Shown piece by piece: positions 1-9,872 of a DNA stretch of 64,000 bases. The position numbers and the translations under genes were made by a program. Positions within the stretch are counted from its first letter, which is position 1. Every line of letters starts with the position of its first letter. Location: the NCBI GenBank assembly GCA_963793425.1, contig CAWCAG010000005.1, positions 2,102,720-2,166,719 of the forward strand. The letters are read 5' to 3'. The DNA comes from an uncultured cyanobacterium. GTDB lineage: Bacteria; Cyanobacteriota; Cyanobacteriia; Cyanobacteriales; CAWCAG01. Below the pieces are notes generated by a model. The model saw nothing but the letters and a program-made list of their open reading frames with translations, made no database searches and was not told where the DNA came from.

Positions 1-21
1 CCTAACAGTTTACTTAAATTA

Positions 22-94
22 TGGAGCTAAGCGGATTCGAACCGCTGACCCCCTCAATGCCATTGAGGTGCTCTACCAACTGAGCTATAACCCC
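22..94 (-). tRNA. tRNA-Ala (GGC)
   Basis: Reverse complement GGGGTTATAGCTCAGTTGGTAGAGCACCTCAATGGCATTGAGGGGGTCAGCGGTTCGAATCCGCTTAGCTCCA folds as a cloverleaf; anticodon GGC. Confidence 0.96.
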
Positions 95-175
95 GCGTAT
101 TTGTACTATATGATGCCCTGAAAACTTGCTTTTAGTCAAGTTCCTGATAGAAAGTTTTTGTTCTTCTTTATGTCT

Positions 176-379
176 TTAGTAGGAAATATAGGAGGCATGA
201 GTTAAGTAACCCATGCAATTATTCATCAGAAAATAAACAACCATCATCGCCGCCGCCGCTAGGGCGACTAAGGTTCCTGCCAACATAAGGGAAAATTCTT
301 GCTGATCAAAGGCCTCTTGCATAAGATGGAGTGACCAAGCTACTAAAGCAACATCTAAAATTAGAATAGGAACTAACAT
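176..379 (-). CDS. small hydrophobic membrane protein, unknown function
   Basis: 67-aa ORF with two hydrophobic stretches. Confidence 0.55.
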   Translation of the reverse strand: MLVPILILDVALVAWSLHLMQEAFDQQEFSLMLAGTLVALAAAAMMVVYFLMNNCMGYLTHASYISY

Positions 380-498
380 TTTTTAAGAATCGTAACTTTT
401 TGTCTATTCTAATACACATTCTTAAGCTAAATACTGATAGAAGTATTAATTTAAGCTTTTTATTAGATATAAGTGAAGTTAATCCATGCTAGGTGAAA

Positions 499-1269
499 TC
501 AAATAGGACGGATTGGTATTTTCTGCTGCTTTAAATAAGCTTTAATTTCCGCCACTGTTAACTGTCCGTAGTGCAATAGAGAAGCGAGGAGTGCAGCCTC
601 TGCTTTACCTTCACTGAAAGCTTCATAAATATGCTGGGTAGTTCCTGCCCCCCCGGAAGCAATCACAGGAATTTCTACTTGTTCAGCAATCGTGCGAGTT
701 AGTTCTAAATCATACCCTGCCTGGGTTCCATCCGCATCCATACTGGTTACTAAAAGTTCTCCTGCCCCCCTTTGAGCAACTTCCTTTGCCCATTGCACCG
801 CATCCTTACCAGTATTTTCTCTTCCTCCTCGTACATAAACATCCCAACCAGAATCAACAGAATCCGCTCGTCGCTTAGCATCTAGGGCAACTACGATACA
901 TTGATTGCCAAAGCGATCGCTAGCCCGATTAATGAAATCCGGTTCCCGTACCGCCGATGAATTAATACTGATTTTATCAGCACCAGCTCTTAACAAATCT
1001 TTAATTTGTTCTAAGGTGTTGATTCCTCCTCCTACAGTTAGAGGAATAAAAACTTGTTCAGCCGTTCGGTAGACGACATCAAGAATGATATTTCTATCTT
1101 CGTGGGTAGCTGTAATATCCAAAAACACCAATTCATCAGCCCCAGCCTCGTTATAAACCCTGGCTAATTCCACAGGATCACCAGCATCTTTTAGATCAAC
1201 AAAGTTAACCCCTTTGACAACTCGTCCAGCTTTAACATCCAGGCAAGGTAAGATTCTTTTCGCTAACAT
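499..1269 (-). CDS. hisF: imidazole glycerol phosphate synthase cyclase subunit
   Basis: [23 protein letters not shown] and [13 protein letters not shown] motifs. Confidence 0.97.
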   Translation of the reverse strand: MLAKRILPCLDVKAGRVVKGVNFVDLKDAGDPVELARVYNEAGADELVFLDITATHEDRNIILDVVYRTAEQVFIPLTVGGGINTLEQIKDLLRAGADKISINSSAVREPDFINRASDRFGNQCIVVALDAKRRADSVDSGWDVYVRGGRENTGKDAVQWAKEVAQRGAGELLVTSMDADGTQAGYDLELTRTIAEQVEIPVIASGGAGTTQHIYEAFSEGKAEAALLASLLHYGQLTVAEIKAYLKQQKIPIRPI

Positions 1270-1272
1270 GAC

Positions 1273-1361
1273 TTATCAGTTATCAGTTATCAGTTATCAA
1301 TGTACAGCTTGCTGTTGCCGTTAGGCATCATTGATATCTACGACAACGGCAAGGCGAATAG
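1273..1361. repeat. STRR (TTATCAG)n followed by a dispersed repeat unit and a partial inverted copy
   Basis: TTATCAG x3-4, then GCTTGCTGTTGCCGTTAGGCATCATTGATA and CAACGGCAAGGCGAA; related copies at 2636-2675 and 45994-46032. Confidence 0.75.
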
Positions 1362-1468
1362 TTGTCAGTCATAAATATTTAGCGTTTGTCTAAGCCTCAT
1401 CATCTCTTCATCTCCTCATCTATAGTAGATTTAGAGAGAAATGGTATTGAAATTCCTATTTGTGGCCG

Positions 1469-2557
1469 ATGGCAATTAAAAAATCGTTTAACCAAGGGAA
1501 TCTCCCCGAAACAAAGAATCAGGGTAAAGGCAAGAAGCGACGCAATTCTCGTCAAGAAGCATCTTCAGAAGAGGAAGATTTGCTTATTGCGACAGCACAT
1601 TTAGGAGAAACTGAGAGTACTGAAGAGAAGATTCGTCCTCAAAGTTTGACTGATTATGTTGGTCAAAAGGATTTAAAGGGAGTGTTGCAAATTGCCATTG
1701 AAGCAGCAAAAGGGAGGAAAGATCCTTTAGACCACTTATTATTATATGGGCCGCCGGGATTGGGAAAAACTACTATGTCCTTAATTTTGGCAGCAGAAAT
1801 GGGGGTTAATTGCAAAATAACTGCCGCACCAGCTTTAGAACGTCCTAGAGATATTACCGGGATTTTGGTTAGCCTGAAACCGGGAGACATTCTTTTTGTT
1901 GATGAAATCCATCGCCTCAACCGCATGACAGAAGAATTGCTTTACCCAGCAATGGAGGATAGACGCTTAGATATCACTATTGGTAAAGGACATACAGCTA
2001 AAACCCGTAGCATTCCCTTACCTCCTTTTACCTTAGTTGGAGCAACTACTCAAGTTGGTTCTTTAACCTCTCCTTTGCGCGATCGCTTTGGTTTAATTCA
2101 AAGATTAAAATATTACGAAATCGATGAGTTATGTTTTATTGTGCAACGCACCGCTAAGTTACTCAATGTTTCTGTCACCGTTGATGGTGCAGAAGAAATC
2201 GCCCGACGTTCTCGCGGAACTCCTCGTATCGCTAATCGTTTGTTAAGGAGGGTGAGGGATTATGCCCAAGTTAAATCTCACGATTCTATTGATGCAAAAG
2301 TCGCTGGGGATGCGATGGAGATGTTTGGAGTTGATCCTCGCGGCTTAGATTGGACTGATCGCAAAGTTTTACAAACCATGATTGAACAGTTCAACGGTGG
2401 GCCGGTTGGCTTAGAGGCAGTGGCAGCCGCGACAGGAGAGGATGCGAAGACAATCGGAGAAGTTTATGAACCTTATTTACTACAAATTGGCTTCCTAAAT
2501 CGTACTCCTCGCGGTCGCACAGTAACAGAAGCTGCTTACAAACATTTGGGGATTTGA
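1469..2557 (+). CDS. ruvB: Holliday junction branch migration helicase RuvB
   Basis: [12 protein letters not shown], Walker [38 protein letters not shown] at 1469 preferred as start. Confidence 0.97.
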   Translation: MAIKKSFNQGNLPETKNQGKGKKRRNSRQEASSEEEDLLIATAHLGETESTEEKIRPQSLTDYVGQKDLKGVLQIAIEAAKGRKDPLDHLLLYGPPGLGKTTMSLILAAEMGVNCKITAAPALERPRDITGILVSLKPGDILFVDEIHRLNRMTEELLYPAMEDRRLDITIGKGHTAKTRSIPLPPFTLVGATTQVGSLTSPLRDRFGLIQRLKYYEIDELCFIVQRTAKLLNVSVTVDGAEEIARRSRGTPRIANRLLRRVRDYAQVKSHDSIDAKVAGDAMEMFGVDPRGLDWTDRKVLQTMIEQFNGGPVGLEAVAAATGEDAKTIGEVYEPYLLQIGFLNRTPRGRTVTEAAYKHLGI

Positions 2558-2594
2558 GCGAAGAAGGAAGTAAGGAGCAGAAAACTACAAATAA

Positions 2595-3056
2595 TCATTG
2601 ATAACTGTAGGGCTTGCCCTTGTCGAAGACATCATTGTTCGGCTTGCCGTTGCCGTTAGGCATCATTGATAACTGATTATTGATTATTGATGCTGGAAAT
2701 CCGCGTTCTATTTCTCTGAGTTCAACTTCTTTAGCTTCTAAAGCTGTTTGTAAAAGTTTCATGGCTTTTTGGGGTTTACCTAAACCGCAGAAAAATAAAT
2801 CCGCAGCAAAATAACCATATTCAGGCCAAGTATGGATGGCGATATGGGATTCTGCTAAAGTTGCTGTTGCTGTAACTCCGTGGGGACTAAACTGGTGTAC
2901 GCATAGGTCAATTAAAGTAGCATCTCCGGCGGCGATCGCTTCAATCAAAGCTTGACGAATACGTTCTGGATCGTTGAGAATGGCTGCTGGAGCGCTCCAG
3001 GCATCTGCGATCAGGTGAGTTCCCACTTTTTTCATTCTTATCAATTTATACTCCAT
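2595..3056 (-). CDS. speD: S-adenosylmethionine decarboxylase proenzyme with a repeat-derived C-terminal tail
   Basis: HQFSPHGVT and LAESHIAIHTWPEYGY (pyruvoyl self-cleavage ESH motif). Confidence 0.88.
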   Translation of the reverse strand: MEYKLIRMKKVGTHLIADAWSAPAAILNDPERIRQALIEAIAAGDATLIDLCVHQFSPHGVTATATLAESHIAIHTWPEYGYFAADLFFCGLGKPQKAMKLLQTALEAKEVELREIERGFPASIINNQLSMMPNGNGKPNNDVFDKGKPYSYQ

Positions 3057-3242
3057 AATTGTGAATATTCAAGGCTTCTCTTTACTAGCATAGGTTTAAC
3101 AACTAAAGAATTGCTACCCATAAAGTGCGATTTTGGTTAGTTGTAGGGGAGAGTGGAGGGGGGGAGACACTATGTTGTGCGGCGAAGGGGAATTACTTTC
3201 GTTACAATTTTTAAAGTAATTGGTGAAGTGGGAAAATAATCA

Positions 3243-4097
3243 ATGACGAATAAAAATACAATTTGGGATCGCTTTTTGTCACCGATTGTACGCTCTTTAA
3301 TTGATGAAGAGAAGCTAAGACAGTTTTATGAATCGATAGACTGGGAAAATGAAGGTGATCGCTTCCGACAAGCAGATTTAGTTTATCCTCAATATTATGT
3401 TTCCCAAAACTTCCACGGTATTGACAAAGGCTACTTAAATCCAGGAGCAGCAGTTTCTTATGATCCAATCACTCGTTACGTCTTACCTCCCCAAGAAAAT
3501 TGGGTACGCACTGAGGTGATCGCAGCGATAAAAGGACAACCGCAACGGATTCTGGATTTAGGTTGCGGTACAGGATCTACTACTTTGATGCTGAAGCAGG
3601 CTTTTCCTCAAGCAGAGGTGAGGGGATTGGATTTATCACCTTATATGCTATTCATGGCTGATTATAAGGCTCAACAAGCTGGTTTAGAGATTAACTGGCA
3701 TCATGGTAAAGCAGAAACAACAGGTTTTGCTGCTGATTCTTTTGATGTAGTCACCGCTTCTCTGCTTTTTCATGAAACTCCTCCCCAGGTTTCTCAACTT
3801 ATTCTCAAAGAATGTTTCCATCTTTTGAAGGCAGGGGGGCAATTAGTTATTTTAGATGGCAACCAAGCTATGTTACGTAGTGCAACATGGCTAACAGAAA
3901 TTTTTGAAGAACCCTACATTAAAGCCTACGCCGAAGGGAGTGTAGATGCTTGGAGTGGTGCAGCGGGTTTTGGGGCTGTACAAACAGAAAATTTTTGGCT
4001 TATTCATCAAATAACTTCTGCGGTTAAGCCTTTAGCCATTCAGGAACAGGAGCAAGTGAGAGAAAACTTCAACGAACAGCAAGAAGCTGTTCGTTGA
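3243..4097 (+). CDS. class I SAM-dependent methyltransferase
   Basis: ILDLGCGTG motif I, GLDLSPYML, LLFHETP. Confidence 0.88.
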   Translation: MTNKNTIWDRFLSPIVRSLIDEEKLRQFYESIDWENEGDRFRQADLVYPQYYVSQNFHGIDKGYLNPGAAVSYDPITRYVLPPQENWVRTEVIAAIKGQPQRILDLGCGTGSTTLMLKQAFPQAEVRGLDLSPYMLFMADYKAQQAGLEINWHHGKAETTGFAADSFDVVTASLLFHETPPQVSQLILKECFHLLKAGGQLVILDGNQAMLRSATWLTEIFEEPYIKAYAEGSVDAWSGAAGFGAVQTENFWLIHQITSAVKPLAIQEQEQVRENFNEQQEAVR

Positions 4098-4140
4098 AGT
4101 TTTCATTACATCTAATTTTGTAGTTCAAACCGCTCTCCAG

Positions 4141-4188
4141 CTCCCCATCTCCCCATCTCCCCATCTCCCCATCTCCCCATCTCCCTAT
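4141..4188. repeat. 8-bp tandem repeat (CTCCCCAT)x5 plus one imperfect copy
   Basis: Directly visible in the intergenic sequence. Confidence 0.92.
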
Positions 4189-4192
4189 TTCT

Positions 4193-4915
4193 ATGACTTT
4201 AAAGGCAGTTTTATTTAATTTTAATGGCGTTATCATTAACGATGAGTCCATTCAGGAGGAAGTAATTGGAGAAATTCTCTTGCAAGAAAACTTACGTCCG
4301 GATATTAAAGACTATCGAGAAGTCTGTTTAGGCAGGAGTAATACTAATTGCTTAAGGGAGATTCTGCAACTGCGGGGCCGCACTGTTACAGAAGCTGAAC
4401 TTGATAAACTGATTGTTAATAAGTCTGCCCTCTATCAGCAAAAGCTAGAAACTCTTGAAACAATCCCTACTTATGATGGTTTGCAGGAATTTTTACAACA
4501 GTTGCAAGAAGCTGAACTGAAAATTGCTTTAGTAACAGAAGCTTTGCAAAAGGAAGTAGAGACGGTACTTAAGCTTGGCAACCTGGGAAGCTACTTTGCT
4601 GTCTTTGTCAGCGCTGATGAAGTTTACAACAGCAAACCAGCACCCCATGGTTATTTATTAGCGATGGATAAACTCAACCAGAAATTTCCTGACTTGCAAC
4701 TACAAAAAGAAAACTGCTTGGTTATTGAAGATACCCTAGTTGGTATTGAAGCAGGTAAAAATGCTGGTATGCAAGTAGTTGGTGTTGCGAATACTTACCC
4801 ATTTCATATGCTCCAACGCCAAGCTAATTGGACAGTAGATTACTTTAAAGAGCTAGAATTGGAGAGGATTCAAGAAGTATTTGCTAATCTCGGCCAAGCT
4901 ACGCTCACAAGCTAG
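4193..4915 (+). CDS. HAD family phosphatase-like protein
   Basis: LFNFNGVI (motif I variant), SKPAP, VIEDTLVGIEAG. Confidence 0.85.
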   Translation: MTLKAVLFNFNGVIINDESIQEEVIGEILLQENLRPDIKDYREVCLGRSNTNCLREILQLRGRTVTEAELDKLIVNKSALYQQKLETLETIPTYDGLQEFLQQLQEAELKIALVTEALQKEVETVLKLGNLGSYFAVFVSADEVYNSKPAPHGYLLAMDKLNQKFPDLQLQKENCLVIEDTLVGIEAGKNAGMQVVGVANTYPFHMLQRQANWTVDYFKELELERIQEVFANLGQATLTS

Positions 4916-4960
4916 CAGATCCGCAAGAAAGCAATTGACGACAAAACTTTAACTCAAAAG

Positions 4961-5437
4961 CTACTCTAACTTAGTGATCTCAACTGTAGAATCATCCTCT
5001 CTTTTGAAATTAAACACCTCAACTTCTGCATAGGTTTCTATCCATAACCTCGCTCCACCATACTTGGCTTTATCGTAGCTATAGGTTAAACGACAGGGGC
5101 CATAGATATCTACTTCATGTCCATAATGATTAGCTTGGTTGTGCTTAACACTAATCACTGCCTCTAACTCTTCGAGCTTGGTCTTCTTCTTATTACGAGA
5201 GATTGCTCCTCCGTTAACATGAATAATCTTCACCGGACCAACACGAGGTTGACACCAACGAGGAGCGGGTCCTCTTGTACCACGAGAAATCTTTGGTTTC
5301 CCTTTAAACAAAGGAATAGCCCAAACCTTACCAATCTTATAAGCCCCTTTAAAGCGGCGTTGTTGTAACAAATAGACAACTCGGCGAGGAGTTATCTTCA
5401 ACATTGCGGCAGCTTTCCTGGTATCGATATATTGCAT
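4961..5437 (-). CDS. putative DNA-binding protein with an N-terminal excisionase/MerR-like HTH
   Basis: IDTRKAAAMLKITPRRVVYLLQQRRFKGAYKIGKVWAIP fits an HTH_17-like pattern. Confidence 0.65.
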   Translation of the reverse strand: MQYIDTRKAAAMLKITPRRVVYLLQQRRFKGAYKIGKVWAIPLFKGKPKISRGTRGPAPRWCQPRVGPVKIIHVNGGAISRNKKKTKLEELEAVISVKHNQANHYGHEVDIYGPCRLTYSYDKAKYGGARLWIETYAEVEVFNFKREDDSTVEITKLE

Positions 5438-5567
5438 GAGAGGAAGAGTTGAAAAAACTATTCTGAGTTATGAATATATAAAGATGATAGCAAGCTTTGA
5501 TTTGGTTTAATACCAAATCCAGCCCCTATACCCTTGCCTCTTACTGTTAAAATAAAAGAGATTATGG

Positions 5568-5640
5568 GGGGAATTAGCTCAGTTGGTAGAGTGCTGCGAT
5601 CGCACCGCAGAGGTCAGGGGTTCGATTCCCCTATTCTCCA
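5568..5640 (+). tRNA. tRNA-Ala (CGC)
   Basis: GGGGAATTAGCTCAGTTGGTAGAGTGCTGCGATCGCACCGCAGAGGTCAGGGGTTCGATTCCCCTATTCTCCA; anticodon CGC. Confidence 0.96.
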
Positions 5641-5658
5641 TCTCGTTTATTGGTGGCT

Positions 5659-6054
5659 TCAAACAGGAAACCATTCTCGTACCAGGGGTTCTCCGTCTGA
5701 GCTAGAAGCATCATCAATCCAGCTTAAACCCAGTTCCTTTTTCCCAGGAAGATGATATATGTCTGGTAAAGTAGCTTGAAAATTTTTCTCATAGCGGCTT
5801 ACCATAGTTTGCCAATACATAATAACTGCGGCTAATTCCCTCGCTTCTGGCTCTCTGCCAATTTTGTCTCCCATAAACGACAAAGCTAACTTCTCAAACT
5901 TATTCTGATTGAAAGCTTCGTTTTCAATTTCTACTTGCTTAGGAATCTGAGGGGAAGAGGATTTTGCTGAGTCGTTGGGAAACTGAGATAAATAGGAATC
6001 TTTTTGCTGGCTTGCTCTATTTGAAGATGATGGTCTATGAATTCTTTTTGGCAT
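5659..6054 (-). CDS. hypothetical protein resembling the low-complexity N-terminal leader of cyanobacterial DUF4157 effector proteins; probably a fragment
   Basis: MPKRIHRP start and EIENEAFNQNKFE segment recalled from such leaders; no DUF4157 core present. Confidence 0.45.
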   Translation of the reverse strand: MPKRIHRPSSSNRASQQKDSYLSQFPNDSAKSSSPQIPKQVEIENEAFNQNKFEKLALSFMGDKIGREPEARELAAVIMYWQTMVSRYEKNFQATLPDIYHLPGKKELGLSWIDDASSSDGEPLVREWFPV

Positions 6055-6493
6055 CTTGCTACCTTACCACTTGTCTTAGTTATGAGCATATACTCTCATT
6101 TTTCTTCTTGCTCCTCTCTATAAGTAGTAAGTCTACTACAGTTCTCTATTAGTGGTGAAGGAGAGACTTTCTCTGTGATTTAGAAGTTTTAAGAGCAGAC
6201 AAAAAGATAATTGACTTGTCTTATTAAGCTCTTTCTCTAGTATTGGCCCGCTTATAAAGTGCGATCGCAGTTGATCCTGTTTTAATCCCATCAAAGAACT
6301 TCAAACAATAGCTGACTTTTTATCAGAACGTTTGTTCTAATTTTTTTCTGAAATTAAGCTTTTTCTTGATTTAGTCACCTTCTTTGCGGACATTTTCTAG
6401 CCAAATTTTAACTTCAGAAGGACTTTTGTCTAGCAAACTATTTGCAGAGCAATTCACGATTTATATTGCTTCACCTTCCGCTTTTCAAGAAAC

Positions 6494-6820
6494 TTATATT
6501 ACTTCTAACTCAAAAGAAACGCTTTCAATGTCCCAGCTTATCCATGCCCAAGGTTGCTTTAGTACTCCTTCAATGACAAATGCTTCTACATCTTCATTAG
6601 GTTCTATGAATGGCCCATCTATTACTTTGCGACCAGGTTTTCCCTTCTGTTTCCCTCCACTATCTATGTAATATTCATAAATAAAACGCTCTGATTTTCT
6701 GACTCCTTGGAAAATTAACTTTCCTTTTGGCATAATCAAGGGCTTATCTTGATTGTTTAAAGGATGCTCTTCATATGTAAAGCTTACTTTTCTACAAGTA
6801 GATAGTTCATATATCTCCAT
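6494..6820 (-). pseudogene. N-terminally truncated immunity-like protein, paralog of 9383-9778
   Basis: Shares YEEHPLNN..PLIMPKGKLIF..EGVLKQPWAWISWDIESVSFELE with 9383-9778 but lacks its first ~35 aa. Confidence 0.6.
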
Positions 6821-6982
6821 AATTTAGGTTGCTTATTTATACACATCTGACTTAGAGCGATACCAGGGAGTGGGCTTCTCCTTCCACCAGACGCTACGCG
6901 TTTGCGCCAGCATTGTCGTAAGACTACGCCTACGCACTTCATGTAGTTCTCGTAAAATGCGATCGCACTAAAGCTAAGGGAG

Positions 6983-7618
6983 TTAAGTTAATCCAAGATT
7001 TTTGCTCAGGTTAGGCTCACTCACACGATAAACTGATTCTACTGGTGTGAGTAAATGTGACCGATTCCGAACTAAGCGATTTGGATATTGCTGATGCACA
7101 AACTCGGAGATATTTTGGATATCAACAATCCAATCTCGTGCATAATGAGATAAAAAACGACCCTGTAATCCCAACTGAATAGCACGTCGTTCTACCTTCA
7201 TTTGACAGGGATCGTAATCAGGGTCCCATTGCAACCGAACCTGAGATCGCTTGACGGCTTGTTGCCATTCATCTTTACTAGAATAAAGTTTTGGTACATA
7301 TTGGGAAGGGACAGCAGCAGCTAAAATCTTCTCAAAAGCTTTTCGTTTAAGCCAGATAGCTAGCACTACTTCTTGTCCTGGTTTTGTTCCCCATCCTGAG
7401 CGATACATCATCCAGAGGAAATTAGTTTTAATCCAACTCATGCGGTTAAAACTGAAGTCTCCGCCGAAATAACCATGTTCAGCAGCAAAGCCTCCGATAG
7501 CTGCATTGAAAGCTTGGTAGACTACAACAGTATTTTCGTCAAACTGAGCCATAATATGACGACCTGATGTAGGCCAACAACTAATTTGCTTCAGATATAG
7601 TTCTGTCAATAGTTTCAT
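6983..7618 (-). CDS. DUF4291 domain protein
   Basis: VVVYQAFN, RMSWIKTNFLWMMYRSGWGTKPGQE, VRLQWDPD and RRAIQLGL motifs. Confidence 0.85.
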   Translation of the reverse strand: MKLLTELYLKQISCWPTSGRHIMAQFDENTVVVYQAFNAAIGGFAAEHGYFGGDFSFNRMSWIKTNFLWMMYRSGWGTKPGQEVVLAIWLKRKAFEKILAAAVPSQYVPKLYSSKDEWQQAVKRSQVRLQWDPDYDPCQMKVERRAIQLGLQGRFLSHYARDWIVDIQNISEFVHQQYPNRLVRNRSHLLTPVESVYRVSEPNLSKNLGLT

Positions 7619-7654
7619 CTCAAAGAAATACGACCTATTTTAAAATTATGCGGG

Positions 7655-8728
7655 CTATTCAACAAGACTAAATCCCACCAGAGCTTTAGATGTAGCTACT
7701 ACTCCATTTCCATTAGAGCTGAAAACTGGAACTCCTACTCCTGTAGGAGGATCTGGTGTCCACTTGGCATAAGGTACAGTAGGATTTTTATACAAGAGGA
7801 GTTCGCCACTTTCACTATCATCATCGTCATTGTAAGTATAAGTCCCTACCCAGAGAGTTCCATCTGAATCTAAGGTAGCTTCAATCGCTCTTTGACCTTC
7901 AACTTTTGTGACAATCTCTGGACTTTCATTCTCTGTGAGACAAGCTATAAAGGTCTGATCTGAATCTAAAGGTGGCTCCCAAGGTGAAACGGTCGAACCA
8001 ACAAGCCATATTCCACCTCTTGAAGCAGAAAGCAATTTTGCCCGCAACAGAGGTGGTAGCGGGTATTGTGCAACAACTGTACCATCAATTGCTACTCTCG
8101 TGACAAAACAAGAATGCTCTGGTGTAACAGTGACAACGAGAAGTTCATTAGAGCAAAGTAAAGCTCCTGAAATGCAGCGAAAGCCATCTTTTTCAGCGTT
8201 TTTCCAGAGTACAATCTTGCCGGATCGGGCATTGAGACATACTAGACCCTGATCAGTAGCAGCCCAAAGATTTCCTTTTCCTGCCATTGTCAAAGGATGC
8301 CGCAACCCTTGGTCTCTAGCTACATACTGTGTGTAAGCAATATCACCATTAGGGTCAATTCGAGTAACAGCACATTCTGCTGCCCCCATGCCAAACCACA
8401 AATCGCCTGAACTGCTAACGAGTATTTCGGTACTAACGGATGTAGGTAAATTAGTTGTACGGATAATCTTACCTGCTTGATCTATCAAATGGACTTTGTT
8501 ATCGCTACTGGCACAAACAAGCCAATTATCTTTTAGGTGTACGGGTGAACCCCAAAAGCCATAGTCATGAGGACAACACCAGAGCAAATTTCCCTCAAAA
8601 TCAAGCTTGACTAGATCAGTTCCGTTTAGCACGACAATTCCGTCGCAAAGCTTTAGAGGTAGAGATATGTGTTCGTGAATGAGATTATAGACTGGTGTTA
8701 ATGGTAACGACCATCGTATAACAATCAC
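7655..8728 (-). CDS. beta-propeller (PQQ/NHL-like repeat) protein, candidate immunity protein
   Basis: Repeated DFEGNLLW, SSGDLWFG, GKGNLWAAT, DSDGTLWVGT blades; lies directly after the orphan toxin tip. Confidence 0.6.
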   Translation of the reverse strand: MIVIRWSLPLTPVYNLIHEHISLPLKLCDGIVVLNGTDLVKLDFEGNLLWCCPHDYGFWGSPVHLKDNWLVCASSDNKVHLIDQAGKIIRTTNLPTSVSTEILVSSSGDLWFGMGAAECAVTRIDPNGDIAYTQYVARDQGLRHPLTMAGKGNLWAATDQGLVCLNARSGKIVLWKNAEKDGFRCISGALLCSNELLVVTVTPEHSCFVTRVAIDGTVVAQYPLPPLLRAKLLSASRGGIWLVGSTVSPWEPPLDSDQTFIACLTENESPEIVTKVEGQRAIEATLDSDGTLWVGTYTYNDDDDSESGELLLYKNPTVPYAKWTPDPPTGVGVPVFSSNGNGVVATSKALVGFSLVE

Positions 8729-9342
8729 TGAACTGATAGACTCTATCTATTGAAAACACTCTAGTTTGCTCAGTACCAGATATAAAAACATCTCTAATAG
8801 TACCTCTACCCTCTGCAAAAATTGCTTCATATTCAGACTCAGACATACGGCGCACTAGCTCTCTACCACTAGCGATCCTCTCTTGAGCTTCCAAGTATTT
8901 TAGACGAACTCTCTCTGGCCAATTCTGCCACTGCTCACGAACAGCTTGGTTATTGACGTAGTTAGGAGGTGTATCTATATCCAGTTCTGTACGGGGTCTT
9001 TGATTGCTAGGATCTCTTCCTTGTCTTCCCCCCTCAATTCGCCTGGGCCCTTGGTTAATATCATCTACCTCCCCCGGTCGTATACGACCTCCACCAGGGA
9101 TAGCTAATTCACCATCTGGTCTTAATCGCTGTCCCAAAGCCTCCAACACTTGGTCTATCTGCCGCCTAATTTCGTTAAACGCTTCCTCCAGCATGGAACT
9201 GTTGTTCCTAACCTGCTCCAGTGCTTCCTGCAACTGCCGTTTCTGTGCCGCTATGGGGCCGATGCCTGGAATACTTTCTACTAGATTTGGAAATACGATT
9301 TAATAAGTCATTCCACCCTTATGTGTCAATCTCTACCCAACT
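8685..9342 (-). pseudogene. orphan alternative C-terminal (toxin-tip) cassette of the 10847-12994 carrier
   Basis: 5' part repeats the carrier sequence (139 bp, one mismatch); upstream homology SWVEIDT*GWNDLLNRIS carries a stop and a frameshift; 3' part is unique. Confidence 0.8.
9136..9274. repeat. 139-bp direct repeat, copy 1 (copy 2 at 11013-11151)
   Basis: AAAGCCTCCAACAC...GATGCCTGGAATAC identical except one A/G. Confidence 0.95.
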
Positions 9343-9382
9343 TAGCAACTTCTCTCATCTTTATCTGTGATCGCACTCTGCT

Positions 9383-9778
9383 TTAGGTTATTTCTAGCTC
9401 AAAAGAAACGCATTCTATATCCCATCAAATCCAAGCGTAAGGATTTTCTAATACCCCTTCTAATACATACATTTCTACAGAGTTATTTTGCTCTAGAAAA
9501 GGACTGTCAACAATCTCATATCTTGGTTTACATTTTTCTTCTCCGTTTGAAGCTAAATAATACTTATATATTTTGCGTTTTGAGCTTACTACGCTTCTAA
9601 AAATTATCTTTCCAGAAGGAAGAATTAGAGGCGATTCAGAATTATTGAGGGGATGGTCTTCATAAACTTTAAAATTTTTGACATCTATGGTGATTGTTTG
9701 CTCTCTAATCTGAGGGTTAGAGAAAAAAGCTGTATCCCAAAACTCTAGCTCGTCAAAGTAATTTTCAACGATTGTCAT
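9383..9778 (-). pseudogene. immunity-like protein with a premature TGA at 9425-9427
   Basis: Frame continues past the stop as WDIECVSFELEIT*, matching the C-terminus of the paralog at 6494-6820. Confidence 0.7.
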
Positions 9779-9872
9779 ATTCTTTAATGATCTTGAACAT
9801 CTCCTACTGCGGAAAAGAAGTTAGGGTTCTACCGAAGTTAGCTTGTGCAAATATTTCGATGTAGATGCTTAA

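Noticed and set aside
5534..5755. 73-aa ORF and other short antisense ORFs (e.g. 9004-9303, 10884-11456, 43910-44293)
   Set aside because: They overlap a tRNA or are shadows of well-supported genes on the opposite strand.
6860..6945. GC-rich patch with ACGCTACGCG / CTACGCCTACGC
   Set aside because: Resembles cyanobacterial small dispersed repeats, but I saw only one copy here, so it cannot be supported.
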